A stretch of DNA of 27,184 nt, taken from contig CAYXJM010000001.1 in NCBI GenBank assembly GCA_964465455.1, positions 1-27,184 on the forward strand, in the 5' to 3' direction. The stretch's first letter is position 1; each line of letters begins with the position of its first letter. Below the pieces are notes generated by a model. It saw only the letters and a program-made list of their open reading frames with translations, did no database searches and was not told the origin of the DNA. The position numbers and the translations under genes were made by a program. Positions 1-8,947 of this stretch are shown here, in pieces. The stretch comes from an uncultured Klebsiella sp. (lineage in GTDB: Bacteria > Pseudomonadota > Gammaproteobacteria > Pseudomonadales > UBA5518).

Positions 1-46
1 GCAATGCCTGTGCCATGCAGGACGGCGCGCGCCCTGGAACGGCGCG

Positions 47-80
47 AAAAAAAGGCGGGCCCCTCGCGGGACCCGCCTTT
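47..80 (-). terminator. Rho-independent terminator downstream of TonB-dependent receptor 1
   Basis: The minus strand reads AAAGGCGGGUCCC-GCGA-GGGGCCCGCCUUUUUUU: a 13-bp stem with one G-U pair, a GNRA tetraloop and a U7 tract, 20 nt after the stop at 101. Confidence 0.9.
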
Positions 81-100
81 CGCTCGCCTGCGGCGTGCGG

Positions 101-2536
101 TCAGAAGTCGAACTTGGCGCCGAACTCGAGACCGTAGTAGCGCGGCGGACCATAGGCCGACATGGTCCAGATCGTGGCAACCGCGAGCACGCCGGTGCGG
201 TAGCGCTGGTCGGTCAGGTTCTTGCCCACCGCGCGCACGAAGTACTTGTCGTTGGCGCTGGTGAAGCCGATCGCCGCGTCCCACAGCGTCTTCGGATCGA
301 GCGTCGTGTCGTACTTTTCGGCGATGTCCGAGTAGCTGTAGATCGACTCGTCCTCGTAGGACACGCGCAGGTTCGCCGAGATATCCCCGTAGTCGCCGAG
401 CGGATAGACGTACTCGGCCTCGGCGCCCGCCATCCACTCCGGCGCCCGCGTCGGCTCCTTGTTGCTCAGGTCCACGTCCGGGATGCCGTCGTAGTTCGTG
501 TCGGCCTCGAACTCGTTGAACTGCGCGTCCATCCAGGCGGCGTTGGCGCGGAAGGTGAGGTTCTCGGTCGCGCGCAAGGTGCTCTCGAATTCCAGGCCGG
601 TGACTTCCATTTCCGCCGCGTTGAAGAACAGCGTCTCCTGCTGGCCGCCGGGGAAGCTGACGTTGAAGGTCCGCTGGGCGTCCTCGTAGACCACCCAGTA
701 TCCGGTCAGCGCGACGTTCGCCCGCCCCTCGAACATGTCACCCTTGATGCCGATCTCGTAGGAGTCGGCGGTTTCCGGGTCGACCGGCGCGGTCGCGATC
801 GGCGTCAGCGGATCCAGCGTGGTGCCGACCTGGTCGTTGTAGCCGCCGCTGCGGAAGCCGCGCGCATAGCCGACATAGCCGAACCAGTCGTCGGAGATGT
901 CGTACGCCAGCGTCACGCGGTAGGTCGGATCGGACCACGAATGGTCGTCCTCGACCACACCGGAGGGGTACTTGCCCCACTTCGCGAGGTCGAGCGGCTC
1001 GCTGATGTCGTAGATGCCGATGCTGCCGTTGAACTCGCCGTCGTCGATCGCGTCGATGTTGCGCCGCGGGCGCCCGGTCCACTCCTTCTCCTCGTTGTTG
1101 AAGCGCAGGCCCGCCGAGAGGTGCCACTTGTCGCTGAAATCATAGGTGCCGTCGACGAACGTCGCGTAAGCGGTCGCATCCTGCTGGTTGCAGAGGATCA
1201 GCGGATTGTTGTTGAAGAAGCCGTCCGGCGTGCCGAGCCCGAAGAAATCGAGGAAGCCCACGATCTGCAGCACGCAGAACGTGTCGTCGTTGGTCTGGTA
1301 GAAGGCGCCCGCCACGAAGTTGAACGGCCCGTCGTAGTTGGACACCACGCGGACCTCCTGCTGGAAGGTCTCGCGGTTGTCGTCGCGCGTGGCGTCGAAC
1401 AGCGATATCGGGCCAGGCACGCCGGTGTAGGTGTTGGGCAGGCGCGACTCCTGCTCCCGGTACCCGGTCACCGAGTGCAGCGAGTAGTCGCCGACGTCCC
1501 AGTCCAGGTTCAGGTAATAACCGTCGATGTCGACACGGTGGCCCTTGCTCATCTTCATGAGCAGGTCGTCGCGGTACGTGATGCCCGCGTGCTTCAGCGG
1601 ATCGCCTTTCGGCGCCGTGTAGCCCCACGCCGTGAAGACCGAGTCGGCCGCCGACTCGTTCACGATCGGCGGCGTATCGCCGTCGTCCCTGCTGTATTCG
1701 TACTGGAACAGGGCACTGAAGTCCTGGTTCGGCGTCCACAGCAGCTTGGTGCGCGAGCTGAAGAGGTCGTCGCCGCCGGCATCGTCGCCGTCACCGGCCA
1801 CGCTGGTGCCGGCCGCGCTGGGCGGCAGGATCGGCTCCGGGGCGAGCGGGCCGTAGCTCGCCCCGTTCTCGTAGTAGCCGTCGGAGTCGAGCTTCATGCC
1901 GGAGAAGCGGAACGCCAGCTTGTCCTCGACCAGCGGGATGTTCAGCGCGGCCTGCTCCTTCATGGTGCCGAAGTCGCCGACCTCCATGCGCAGATCGACC
2001 GAGCGCTCGTCCATCAGCGGACGCTTGGTCTTGACGTTGATCACGCCGGCCGTGGTGTTCTTGCCGAACAGCGTGCCCTGCGGACCGCGCAACACCTCGA
2101 TCTGCTGGATGTCGAACATGTCGAGATCCTGCGTCTGCACGTGCGGCACGACGAAGTCGTCGATCGTCACGCCGACCGGCGGCTCCTTGTAGAGGATGAT
2201 GGTGGTCTCGGCCACGCCGCGCATCGCGAACGACGCCGAGCGGAAGGCCGACACGGTGCCCATCGAGAGGCTCGGCACCGAGAACGCGATCTCGTTGAGG
2301 TCGCGCGGAGCGAAAGTCTCGTTCTCCTCGCCGCTGATGGCCGTGACGGCCACCGGCGTGGTCATGATGTTGGTGTCTCCGCGCCGGGTGGCGCTGACGG
2401 TGATTTCCTCGATCGCGAGGTCGGATTTCTGCCCTTCCTGCTGCGCCTGCGCCGCGGCATCGACCGCCAGCATGCCGGCGACGATAGCCAGCGCGAGCGG
2501 GCGCTGCTTCAGGAGATGGTGTCGCAAAGTACTCAT
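101..2536 (-). CDS. TonB-dependent outer-membrane receptor (811 aa)
   Basis: Start re-assigned to ATG 2536 (MSTLRHHLLK...), preceded by GAGGAGG. It has a signal peptide (LALAIVAGMLAVDAAAQA), a TonB-box-like IEEITVSATRR, the plug motif IEVLRGPQGTLFGKNTTAGVIN, a barrel motif YARGFRSGG and a C-terminal beta-signal ...YYGLEFGAKFDF. Confidence 0.95.
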   Translation of the reverse strand: MSTLRHHLLKQRPLALAIVAGMLAVDAAAQAQQEGQKSDLAIEEITVSATRRGDTNIMTTPVAVTAISGEENETFAPRDLNEIAFSVPSLSMGTVSAFRSASFAMRGVAETTIILYKEPPVGVTIDDFVVPHVQTQDLDMFDIQQIEVLRGPQGTLFGKNTTAGVINVKTKRPLMDERSVDLRMEVGDFGTMKEQAALNIPLVEDKLAFRFSGMKLDSDGYYENGASYGPLAPEPILPPSAAGTSVAGDGDDAGGDDLFSSRTKLLWTPNQDFSALFQYEYSRDDGDTPPIVNESAADSVFTAWGYTAPKGDPLKHAGITYRDDLLMKMSKGHRVDIDGYYLNLDWDVGDYSLHSVTGYREQESRLPNTYTGVPGPISLFDATRDDNRETFQQEVRVVSNYDGPFNFVAGAFYQTNDDTFCVLQIVGFLDFFGLGTPDGFFNNNPLILCNQQDATAYATFVDGTYDFSDKWHLSAGLRFNNEEKEWTGRPRRNIDAIDDGEFNGSIGIYDISEPLDLAKWGKYPSGVVEDDHSWSDPTYRVTLAYDISDDWFGYVGYARGFRSGGYNDQVGTTLDPLTPIATAPVDPETADSYEIGIKGDMFEGRANVALTGYWVVYEDAQRTFNVSFPGGQQETLFFNAAEMEVTGLEFESTLRATENLTFRANAAWMDAQFNEFEADTNYDGIPDVDLSNKEPTRAPEWMAGAEAEYVYPLGDYGDISANLRVSYEDESIYSYSDIAEKYDTTLDPKTLWDAAIGFTSANDKYFVRAVGKNLTDQRYRTGVLAVATIWTMSAYGPPRYYGLEFGAKFDF

Positions 2537-2693
2537 GGGTGCCTCCTCGGCGCATGGAATAATTATCTTGTTCCCCGGCGCCGCCGCGCGTGCCGACGGC
2601 CCGCCCTTCGTCTTCTTCGTCTGCCACCGGGCGCGATCTGCGCGGCCGATGCGCATGAGCATATACGCGAATCCGCGCCGCTTGGATATTTCT

Positions 2694-2708
2694 TTGAATA
2701 TTATTTAA
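2694..2708. promoter_or_regulatory. Operator-like palindrome TTGAATA-T-TATTTAA (1 mismatch to TTGAATA-N-TATTCAA)
   Basis: Lies in an AT-rich patch between the DUF3604 stop (2733) and the TBDR start (2536). The same motif occurs at 11846 and 26495. Confidence 0.7.
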
Positions 2709-2732
2709 TATTTCACTGGCGCAATGCGGTGC

Positions 2733-4628
2733 TCAGGGCACGTACCACACGGGCGACGAGTAGGCCCGCTCCTGGTGCACCAGCGGTACCCTGGCATCCA
2801 TCTCGACGCCGAAATAGGCGCGGTCGTATGCGGTCCAGCGCGGCGTGGGTATCTCGAGCACGCGCACGTACCAGAACGCCGGCGCGCTGGCGTCGAAATC
2901 GGGGTCCTGCCAGTACGCCAGCAGTTCCGGCGCACCGGACGTGTTGGTGTAGCTCGCGCTCGCCGCGTCCACCGTCGAGGCGACCGCCCGCTCCACGCGC
3001 CCGTCCGGCCCTATGCGGCGCCCATCGGATACGGCGATGTCATAGACGCGCTCGTGCAGCGCGCCGTCACGCGCGAGCCAGCCCTTGACGATCTGCACGC
3101 GATCGAGGTTGGCGCCGCGCGGATCCCGCGCGGCATGGACGAGGAACGCCGGCGCGCTGGCATCGCCCCGTCCGAGCACGCCGCCCATCGGCACGCCGCG
3201 CGCGTAGCCGACTCGCGCCAGGTTCGGGCGGTAGACGTCGGCCGGCGCGAACCCGCGCCCGGCGAAGAGCCGCAGGCGTATGCGCGTCCCCGTCGTGGCG
3301 TAGACTTCGCGCCGCTGGAACGCCTCGAAGATCGCCGCGCGCGTGTTCTCTCGCGCCCAGACGGCGGCGTAGCCGGAGGCGGCCATCTTCCACTCGGGGA
3401 TCTCGAACTCCGGTCGCCCCTGGTGGCGCAGCAGCGGCTGCGACCAGCGCGTCGGCGACGGCTCGGAACGGCTCATCTTGCCCCAGAAATTGTCCTCCTC
3501 GGCCGTCGCGAAGCCCGTGTGCGAGTCCGTGCTGCCGATCATGCCGAAGCGGAACGGATTGACGCCGAGGCGCGCCTGCTGCTGCAGCCCGAGCTTCAGC
3601 GCGGACCGTGCGTACTGGTAGGGCTGCATCGCGTCGGTCTGCATCACGCTGGAACCGAGGTTCGCGAGGTCCCAGGTCTCGTAGTCCGCGAACTCGTCCT
3701 CGGGCGACAGCAGCGGATGGGTCTCGGAGTCGCCCTTGTACTGCGTGACCTCGACCACCGGCTCCCAGCGCTGGCGCCGCTCGGCGTAGTCCCGGTCGAA
3801 GGGCCGCCCGGCGAAGTCCGCGGTGGCGAACATCCGCCCGCCGCTGGTGTTGCTGTTGTGCGGAATGGCGAGCGCCCGCCCGCCCGTTTTCGCCTCGTAG
3901 TCGGCCAGGTAGCGCCACAGCGCCTCGGGATCGGCGCTGTCGTTCGAGGAAAACGGCACCACCGCGCCCGCCTTGTCCGCCCCGTCGCCGAAGATCACGA
4001 CGCGGTGCAGGTTGTCGCCACCCGGCATCGAGCTCCACTCGTAGCCGATCAGCGCCGTGAACCGGCCCGGATCGTTGAAGCGCTCGGCGTTGGCGATTAC
4101 CTCCGCCCACACCGAGCGCTTGAAAGCCTCGCTGCCGATCGCGTCACCCTCGCCCTGCAGCACGTGCACGTAGTCCTCGATGAACTCGGGCGTGACCTCC
4201 CCGCCCTCGCCGAGGAACGAGGCCCAGCGCCTGCCGACCTCGGTGGCCAGCAGGTCCGGGTCCTTCGTGGCCAGCCGCGGGAACAGCCCGAGGTACTCGG
4301 AGTGGTCGGCGACCACGAGGAAATCGAGCGGCGTGCCGAGCTTCAGCGGCATCCCGTTCATGCCGCGCACCACCTCGCCGCGCGCGAAGCGGTAGGCCAC
4401 TTCGGGCGTCACGCGGCGGTTGCCGAGGCTCGCGGCGTCCGGGGACATGCTGGTGTGCAGGTGGGTGTCACCCCACAACAGCAACTCGGGAAAGTCGTCC
4501 GCGACGGCGGGCGAGTAGCTCGCGCGCTCCGCCGCGAGCGCGGCCCCTGCCAGGCACGCAGCGAGGGCCAGCGCCAGCCGCGACGCGGCGCCGGCGCGTG
4601 CGCGACGAATCGACGCGGAAAAAGCCAT
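2733..4628 (-). CDS. DUF3604 family secreted protein, PHP-like metallohydrolase fold (631 aa)
   Basis: N-terminal signal peptide (RLALALAACLAGAALA) and GGGAGGG RBS. Motifs LLWGDTHLHT, LDFLVVADHSE, IPHNSN, EVTQYKGDSETHP, FGMIGSTDSHTG, REVYATTG and C-terminal ERAYSSPVWY are typical of DUF3604. Confidence 0.85.
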   Translation of the reverse strand: MAFSASIRRARAGAASRLALALAACLAGAALAAERASYSPAVADDFPELLLWGDTHLHTSMSPDAASLGNRRVTPEVAYRFARGEVVRGMNGMPLKLGTPLDFLVVADHSEYLGLFPRLATKDPDLLATEVGRRWASFLGEGGEVTPEFIEDYVHVLQGEGDAIGSEAFKRSVWAEVIANAERFNDPGRFTALIGYEWSSMPGGDNLHRVVIFGDGADKAGAVVPFSSNDSADPEALWRYLADYEAKTGGRALAIPHNSNTSGGRMFATADFAGRPFDRDYAERRQRWEPVVEVTQYKGDSETHPLLSPEDEFADYETWDLANLGSSVMQTDAMQPYQYARSALKLGLQQQARLGVNPFRFGMIGSTDSHTGFATAEEDNFWGKMSRSEPSPTRWSQPLLRHQGRPEFEIPEWKMAASGYAAVWARENTRAAIFEAFQRREVYATTGTRIRLRLFAGRGFAPADVYRPNLARVGYARGVPMGGVLGRGDASAPAFLVHAARDPRGANLDRVQIVKGWLARDGALHERVYDIAVSDGRRIGPDGRVERAVASTVDAASASYTNTSGAPELLAYWQDPDFDASAPAFWYVRVLEIPTPRWTAYDRAYFGVEMDARVPLVHQERAYSSPVWYVP

Positions 4629-4664
4629 GGCTTTGCCCTCCCCGTGCGGCTGTCGCGCGCGGTG

Positions 4665-6023
4665 CTATTTCTCGCCCGCGAGATAACGCTCCAGCTCGGC
4701 GTGGAAATGCCGCAGCCGCTGCTCCTGCTCGCCCCAGAGCTGGTGGCGGAAAGCGCGCGAGCGCATGCCCTTCTGCACCACCGGCAGCAGCTCCGAATCC
4801 TGGCTCAGCACCAGCCCGAGGTTGCCGTCCTCGCCGATGCCGAAGTGCTCGCAGGCCGGACGCGTGCGACCGCTGGTGTCGGTGCCCTCGGGCAGTCCCA
4901 TCCAGTCGGGCACCTTGTAGTCCGGATGCTCGACCGGCGCGATCAGCGTCATCGTGTCGTAGTAGAAGCGCTCCGGATCGGTGGGATGCGGCAGGAAGCG
5001 CATCAGGAACACGCCCTCCGGATGACAGCCGATCTGCACGTTCGGGAAGATGCCGGTCGCCCAGCTGTCCGTCAGCTGCCCGTCCACGAAGCCCGAGTAA
5101 TCCAGCCCGAGTGCCGCCGCGCGCTGGCGCTTGGCCCGCTGGACCGCCGCCCGCACCTCGCGCGCCCCCCCCGCGAAGCCCTCCGGATCGATGCCGACAT
5201 CGGCCAGCATCGCACGCAGCCCGTCGTTCATGCTGTCCTGGTCGGCGATGCGCGGCGTCATCTGCCCGATCGGCACGATCATGCGGCTGGCCCCGTTCGG
5301 ATAGAGGTCGCACTGGACCTTGAGATCCGCCATCACCCATCGCGTCTCGGGATGCACCGCGTGCAGGTGATAGGTCTCGTAGAAGGCCTCGATGCCGACC
5401 TTCCAGTTCGCCGCCCACTCCGTGCGCACGTGCCGCACGACCTTCATGCGCTCGATGCGGTAGCCCTCGAGGTAGCCCTCGGGCAGGCCGATGTATTCCG
5501 AGAGCGGCGGCGGGTCCTCGCGCATCGAGACGAAAACCAGGCCCGCGTGCTCCTCGCAGGCCAGCGCGACCAGTCCCGGCTCGTGGCACACGACCTCCTC
5601 GCGGAAGGTCTCGCGATCGGTGATCGCGCTCAGCTTGCCCTGCAGGTCGAACTTCCACGAATGGAACGGGCAGATGAAGCGCATGCGGCTGCCCCGCTCG
5701 GCACGAACCAGGCGACTGCCGCGATGGCTGCAGACGTTGTAGTAGGCCCGCACCCCCGTCTCCGTGCGCACCACGATGATCGATTCGTCACCGATGTCGA
5801 ACAGGAAGTAGTCGCCGACCTGCGGGATGTCCGAGCTGACGCCCGCGATCAGCCACACGCGCGGCCACAACTGCTGCCACTCGCGCTGCATGAACTCGCG
5901 CGTGAAATAGCGCGACTTGTCGTAGCTGCCGGTCCCGTTGTCGATGTACGGCTGCTTGGCCTCGAGCGAACCGGCCGGTGCAGCCGGATTCACCACGATG
6001 CCCGTCTCGTAGTCGAACTTCAT
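4665..6023 (-). CDS. Rieske non-heme iron oxygenase alpha subunit (452 aa)
   Basis: Start at ATG 6023 (MKFDYETG) with GAGGAGG RBS. Rieske motif CSHRG...CPFHSW, mononuclear iron motif NWKVGIEAFYETYHLHAVH and C-terminal Asp in QDSELLPVVQKG. Confidence 0.92.
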   Translation of the reverse strand: MKFDYETGIVVNPAAPAGSLEAKQPYIDNGTGSYDKSRYFTREFMQREWQQLWPRVWLIAGVSSDIPQVGDYFLFDIGDESIIVVRTETGVRAYYNVCSHRGSRLVRAERGSRMRFICPFHSWKFDLQGKLSAITDRETFREEVVCHEPGLVALACEEHAGLVFVSMREDPPPLSEYIGLPEGYLEGYRIERMKVVRHVRTEWAANWKVGIEAFYETYHLHAVHPETRWVMADLKVQCDLYPNGASRMIVPIGQMTPRIADQDSMNDGLRAMLADVGIDPEGFAGGAREVRAAVQRAKRQRAAALGLDYSGFVDGQLTDSWATGIFPNVQIGCHPEGVFLMRFLPHPTDPERFYYDTMTLIAPVEHPDYKVPDWMGLPEGTDTSGRTRPACEHFGIGEDGNLGLVLSQDSELLPVVQKGMRSRAFRHQLWGEQEQRLRHFHAELERYLAGEK

Positions 6024-6070
6024 GAGATCCTCCTCGTGTTGCCGGTGCGATACGGCACTCGCCGCCCGCC

Positions 6071-6502
6071 TCAGTCGCGACGCAGCGAGGCCACGGCCGT
6101 TCCCGGCGCCAGCACCTCGTCGTTCTGGTTCAGAATCGCCACCTCGATGCTCACTTGCGCGCGCTCGCGATCGACTGCAAGTATCCTGCCGGTCGAGCGC
6201 AGCGTGTCGCCGATGAACGCCGCGCGCCGGTTCGAGTACTCGATCTCGACCAGACTGCCGTGCTCGCCCAGCCACTCGACCACGCACTGGTGCAGCCAGT
6301 CGCCGAGCAGCGGCCCGGCCATCACCAGGCCGGGATAGCCCTCGACGTCGCGCGCATACGGGTAGTCGAAATGGATCTTGTGCGCGTTCCACAGCGCAGC
6401 GTTGTAGAGGAACAGCTGGATCGTGTCGGGCCGGAATTCGCGCGTGGGCAGCGCCTGTCCCGCCGCCAGCGTGTCGATGTCCGGCCGGGCCATCTCGCTC
6501 AT
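6071..6502 (-). CDS. MaoC/hot-dog dehydratase, C-terminal-half type (143 aa; HTD2/mesaconyl-C4-CoA hydratase-like)
   Basis: The ATG at 6502 overlaps the upstream TGA (ATGA). Motif QLFLYNAALWNAHKIHFDYPYARDVEGYPGLVMAGPL resembles the N-x-H-x-I-H-[YF]-D...EGYPGLVVHGPL motif of the Meh/Ich/HTD2 hydratases. Confidence 0.8.
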   Translation of the reverse strand: MSEMARPDIDTLAAGQALPTREFRPDTIQLFLYNAALWNAHKIHFDYPYARDVEGYPGLVMAGPLLGDWLHQCVVEWLGEHGSLVEIEYSNRRAAFIGDTLRSTGRILAVDRERAQVSIEVAILNQNDEVLAPGTAVASLRRD

Positions 6503-6954
6503 CGCAGGATCCTCGTCGTCGTTTCGGTCACCACGGGCTCGCCGCGCTCGTTCTCGACCGTCATCACGATCTCGTAGAAGATCAGCGGTCCGGAGGATCC
6601 TTCCTTCTGCCAGATGTTCGTCAGCGTGCGGCTGGCGAGCAGCACGTCTCCGGGACGTATCGTGCGGTGATAGGCGATCTTCAACCCACCCGCCATCGCG
6701 CGCTTCAGGGGAAATTCGGGCAGCAGCGCGTCGATCGCCACGCCGTCGGGGCTCAGCTGCTCCGGTTCCGGCACGGGCCAGAACAGCGCGAGGTAGAACA
6801 TCGGCGGCGCCTCGTCGCCGTCGAGGTACTTGCGCAGCCGCTGCCCGGTGGCGATCGCGTACTTGCGGATGTCCTTGCGCGTCACCAGTTCGAGCTGCGG
6901 CGGCGCCTTGCGCCCGATGTTGGCCAGCAGTTCCGGCGTCAGCAGGCTGCCCAT
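6499..6954 (-). CDS. MaoC dehydratase N-terminal-half (FAS1-like dehydratase) protein (151 aa)
   Basis: ELVTRKDIRKYAIATG...EAPPMFY...LSPDG...LLPEFPLKRAMAGG...IRPGDVL...KEGSSGPLIF matches the pattern of the MaoC_dehydrat_N / N-terminal hot-dog half. Confidence 0.8.
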   Translation of the reverse strand: MGSLLTPELLANIGRKAPPQLELVTRKDIRKYAIATGQRLRKYLDGDEAPPMFYLALFWPVPEPEQLSPDGVAIDALLPEFPLKRAMAGGLKIAYHRTIRPGDVLLASRTLTNIWQKEGSSGPLIFYEIVMTVENERGEPVVTETTTRILR

Positions 6955-6957
6955 CGT

Positions 6958-8499
6958 TCACTCCCCTGCATACAGCTTGCGCAGTTCGCGCTTGAGAATC
7001 TTGCCGGTCGGCGCCTTGGGCAGGCTGTCGACGAACGCAACCGACTTCGGCTTCTGGTACGACGCGAGGTGCCGGCGCGCCTCGTCGATGATCTCGCGCT
7101 CGCTCGCGTGCATCCCCGGCTTCAGCACCACCACGGCCTTCACGACCTCGCCCCATTCGGCGTCGGGAATGCCGATCACCGCGCACTCCAGCACGGCGGG
7201 GTGGCGATGGATCGCGTTCTCGACCTGTGTCGAGTAGATGTTCTCGCCGCCGGAGATGATCATGTCCTTGGCGCGATCCACGATGTAGACGTAGCCCGAC
7301 TCGTCCCACGTCGCGATGTCGCCGGTCCACATCCAGCCGTCGCGGATCGTCTGGGCCGTGAGGTCGGGACGGCGCCAGTAGCCGAGCATGTTCGCGTCCG
7401 AGCGCACGATGATCTCGCCGGAGCTCTGCCCGTCCCGCGATACCGGCCGGCCACCCGGGTCGACCACGCGCACGCTGGTCACGAATCCCTCGCGACCGCA
7501 GCTGCGCAGCCGCTCGGGGCGGATGCCGCGCACGGCCTCGGCGTGATCCTCCTGCGACAGGAACGTCATGGTCATGCCCTCGGTCTGCCCGTAGCCCTGG
7601 ATCAGCGTGCAGGGAAACATCTCCAGCGCGGATTTCACCACCGAGACCGGCATAGGCCCGCCGCCATACTGGATGTTGCGCAGGCTGCGCAGGTCGAAGG
7701 ACCCGAAGTTTTCCACCGCCATCATCCAGTTCAGCATCGTGGTGATGCCGAGGAAGGCCGAGACTTGCTCCTCCTGGATCAATTCCAGCGCCTGGCGCGC
7801 CTCGAAGTTGACGAGCACCAGGGGACAGCCGTGGGCCATGTAGTTCATGGCCAGCGCGACCGGAATGTGGAACATCTGCCCGGTGAGCATGTACACGTCG
7901 GACGGCACGATGCGCTCGGCGACCGTCTGGTTCAGCATGCCCATGTAGATGCTGCGGTGCGAATGCAGCGCGCCCTTGGACTCCCCGGTGGTGCCGCCGG
8001 TGTACAGGATCAGCAGCGGATCGTCGCCGCCGACCGAGTCGCTGAGCGCCGGTTCCGCGTCGCTCGCCGCGCCGAGCAGGGCCTCGTAGCTGCCGTCGGA
8101 TGCGGCGCCGAACTCGAACCAGTGCGGCAGGTCCAGCTCGCGCTGCAGCGCCTCGCGCTCGGCACGGAAATCGGCCGAGGACAGCAGCGCCGCCGGCTCT
8201 CCCTCGCGCAGGATGCGGGCCATCTCCGGCACGGCGAGGCGCCAGTTCAGCGGTTGCGCCACCAGTCCCGCGCGGCCGCAGGCGTAGAACAGCTCCAGGT
8301 ACTCGATGCAGTTCTTCGCCAGGATGGCGATGCGCGCACCGCGACCGACACCGGGCAGCGCGCTGAGCCCGTTGGCCAGGCGCCGCACCCGCGCGTCGAG
8401 TTCGCCGAACCCGATGCGGCGCCCGTTGGGCACGTCGATGATCGCCGTGCGACCCGGTGCGAGCGCGGCGTGCTTGGCGGGTATCTGGCCGATGTTCAT
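6958..8499 (-). CDS. Acyl-CoA synthetase / AMP-binding ligase (513 aa)
   Basis: Adenylation motifs ILYTGGTTGESKGA, QGYGQTEG, WMWTGD, DRAKDMIISGGENIYSTQVE and LPKAPTGKILK. Confidence 0.95.
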   Translation of the reverse strand: MNIGQIPAKHAALAPGRTAIIDVPNGRRIGFGELDARVRRLANGLSALPGVGRGARIAILAKNCIEYLELFYACGRAGLVAQPLNWRLAVPEMARILREGEPAALLSSADFRAEREALQRELDLPHWFEFGAASDGSYEALLGAASDAEPALSDSVGGDDPLLILYTGGTTGESKGALHSHRSIYMGMLNQTVAERIVPSDVYMLTGQMFHIPVALAMNYMAHGCPLVLVNFEARQALELIQEEQVSAFLGITTMLNWMMAVENFGSFDLRSLRNIQYGGGPMPVSVVKSALEMFPCTLIQGYGQTEGMTMTFLSQEDHAEAVRGIRPERLRSCGREGFVTSVRVVDPGGRPVSRDGQSSGEIIVRSDANMLGYWRRPDLTAQTIRDGWMWTGDIATWDESGYVYIVDRAKDMIISGGENIYSTQVENAIHRHPAVLECAVIGIPDAEWGEVVKAVVVLKPGMHASEREIIDEARRHLASYQKPKSVAFVDSLPKAPTGKILKRELRKLYAGE

Positions 8500-8512
8500 G
8501 TGGCTTCAGGCC

Positions 8513-8926
8513 TCAGTAAGGCAGGTCCAGCTCGATGCGGCGCGTCGCGAGCACCCAGCGACCGTCCCTGCGCACGACGCGATCGCGGTACAGCGCCGTG
8601 GAGATCAGCCGTATCGCGCCGTTCTCGGTCCCGAACAGCGTCAGGTTCGACACCACCTCTGCCTCGGCCTCGCCGCCCGATGCGAAGAAGATATTGGAGA
8701 CCACGTGCCGGCGCTTGTCCGTCTGCGCGGCGATGGAGTTGCGCATCAGCCCCATGATCGCGTCGTGGCCGAGGAACGGCGCGATCGGCGGCTGGCCGGC
8801 AATCTGCATGTGGAACTCCGCGTCGGCGGCGAAGCAGGCTCCCAGCATGTCGAGGTCCTGCTCGTCGAGCGCGTACGCGGCGCGGGAAAGCAGTTCGTGT
8901 ATCTCGAGCTTGGCGGCGGTGTCCAT
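8513..8926 (-). CDS. NTF2-like / SnoaL_4 family protein (137 aa)
   Basis: Pattern LEIHELLSRAAYALD...CFAADAEF...RRHVVSN...YRDRVVRRDGRWVLATRRI; GGGAG RBS. Confidence 0.85.
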   Translation of the reverse strand: MDTAAKLEIHELLSRAAYALDEQDLDMLGACFAADAEFHMQIAGQPPIAPFLGHDAIMGLMRNSIAAQTDKRRHVVSNIFFASGGEAEAEVVSNLTLFGTENGAIRLISTALYRDRVVRRDGRWVLATRRIELDLPY

Positions 8927-8947
8927 GTTCCCTGTCTCCCGTGAAGG

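Noticed and set aside
95-3088. 997-aa plus-strand ORF
   Set aside because: Antisense shadow of the TBDR gene. It is V/R/G-rich with no motifs, as expected when a GC3-rich gene leaves the opposite strand free of stops.
2724-6338. 1204-aa plus-strand ORF (longest in the window)
   Set aside because: Antisense to the DUF3604, Rieske and MaoC genes, which carry clear family motifs and RBSs; it has no recognisable domain.
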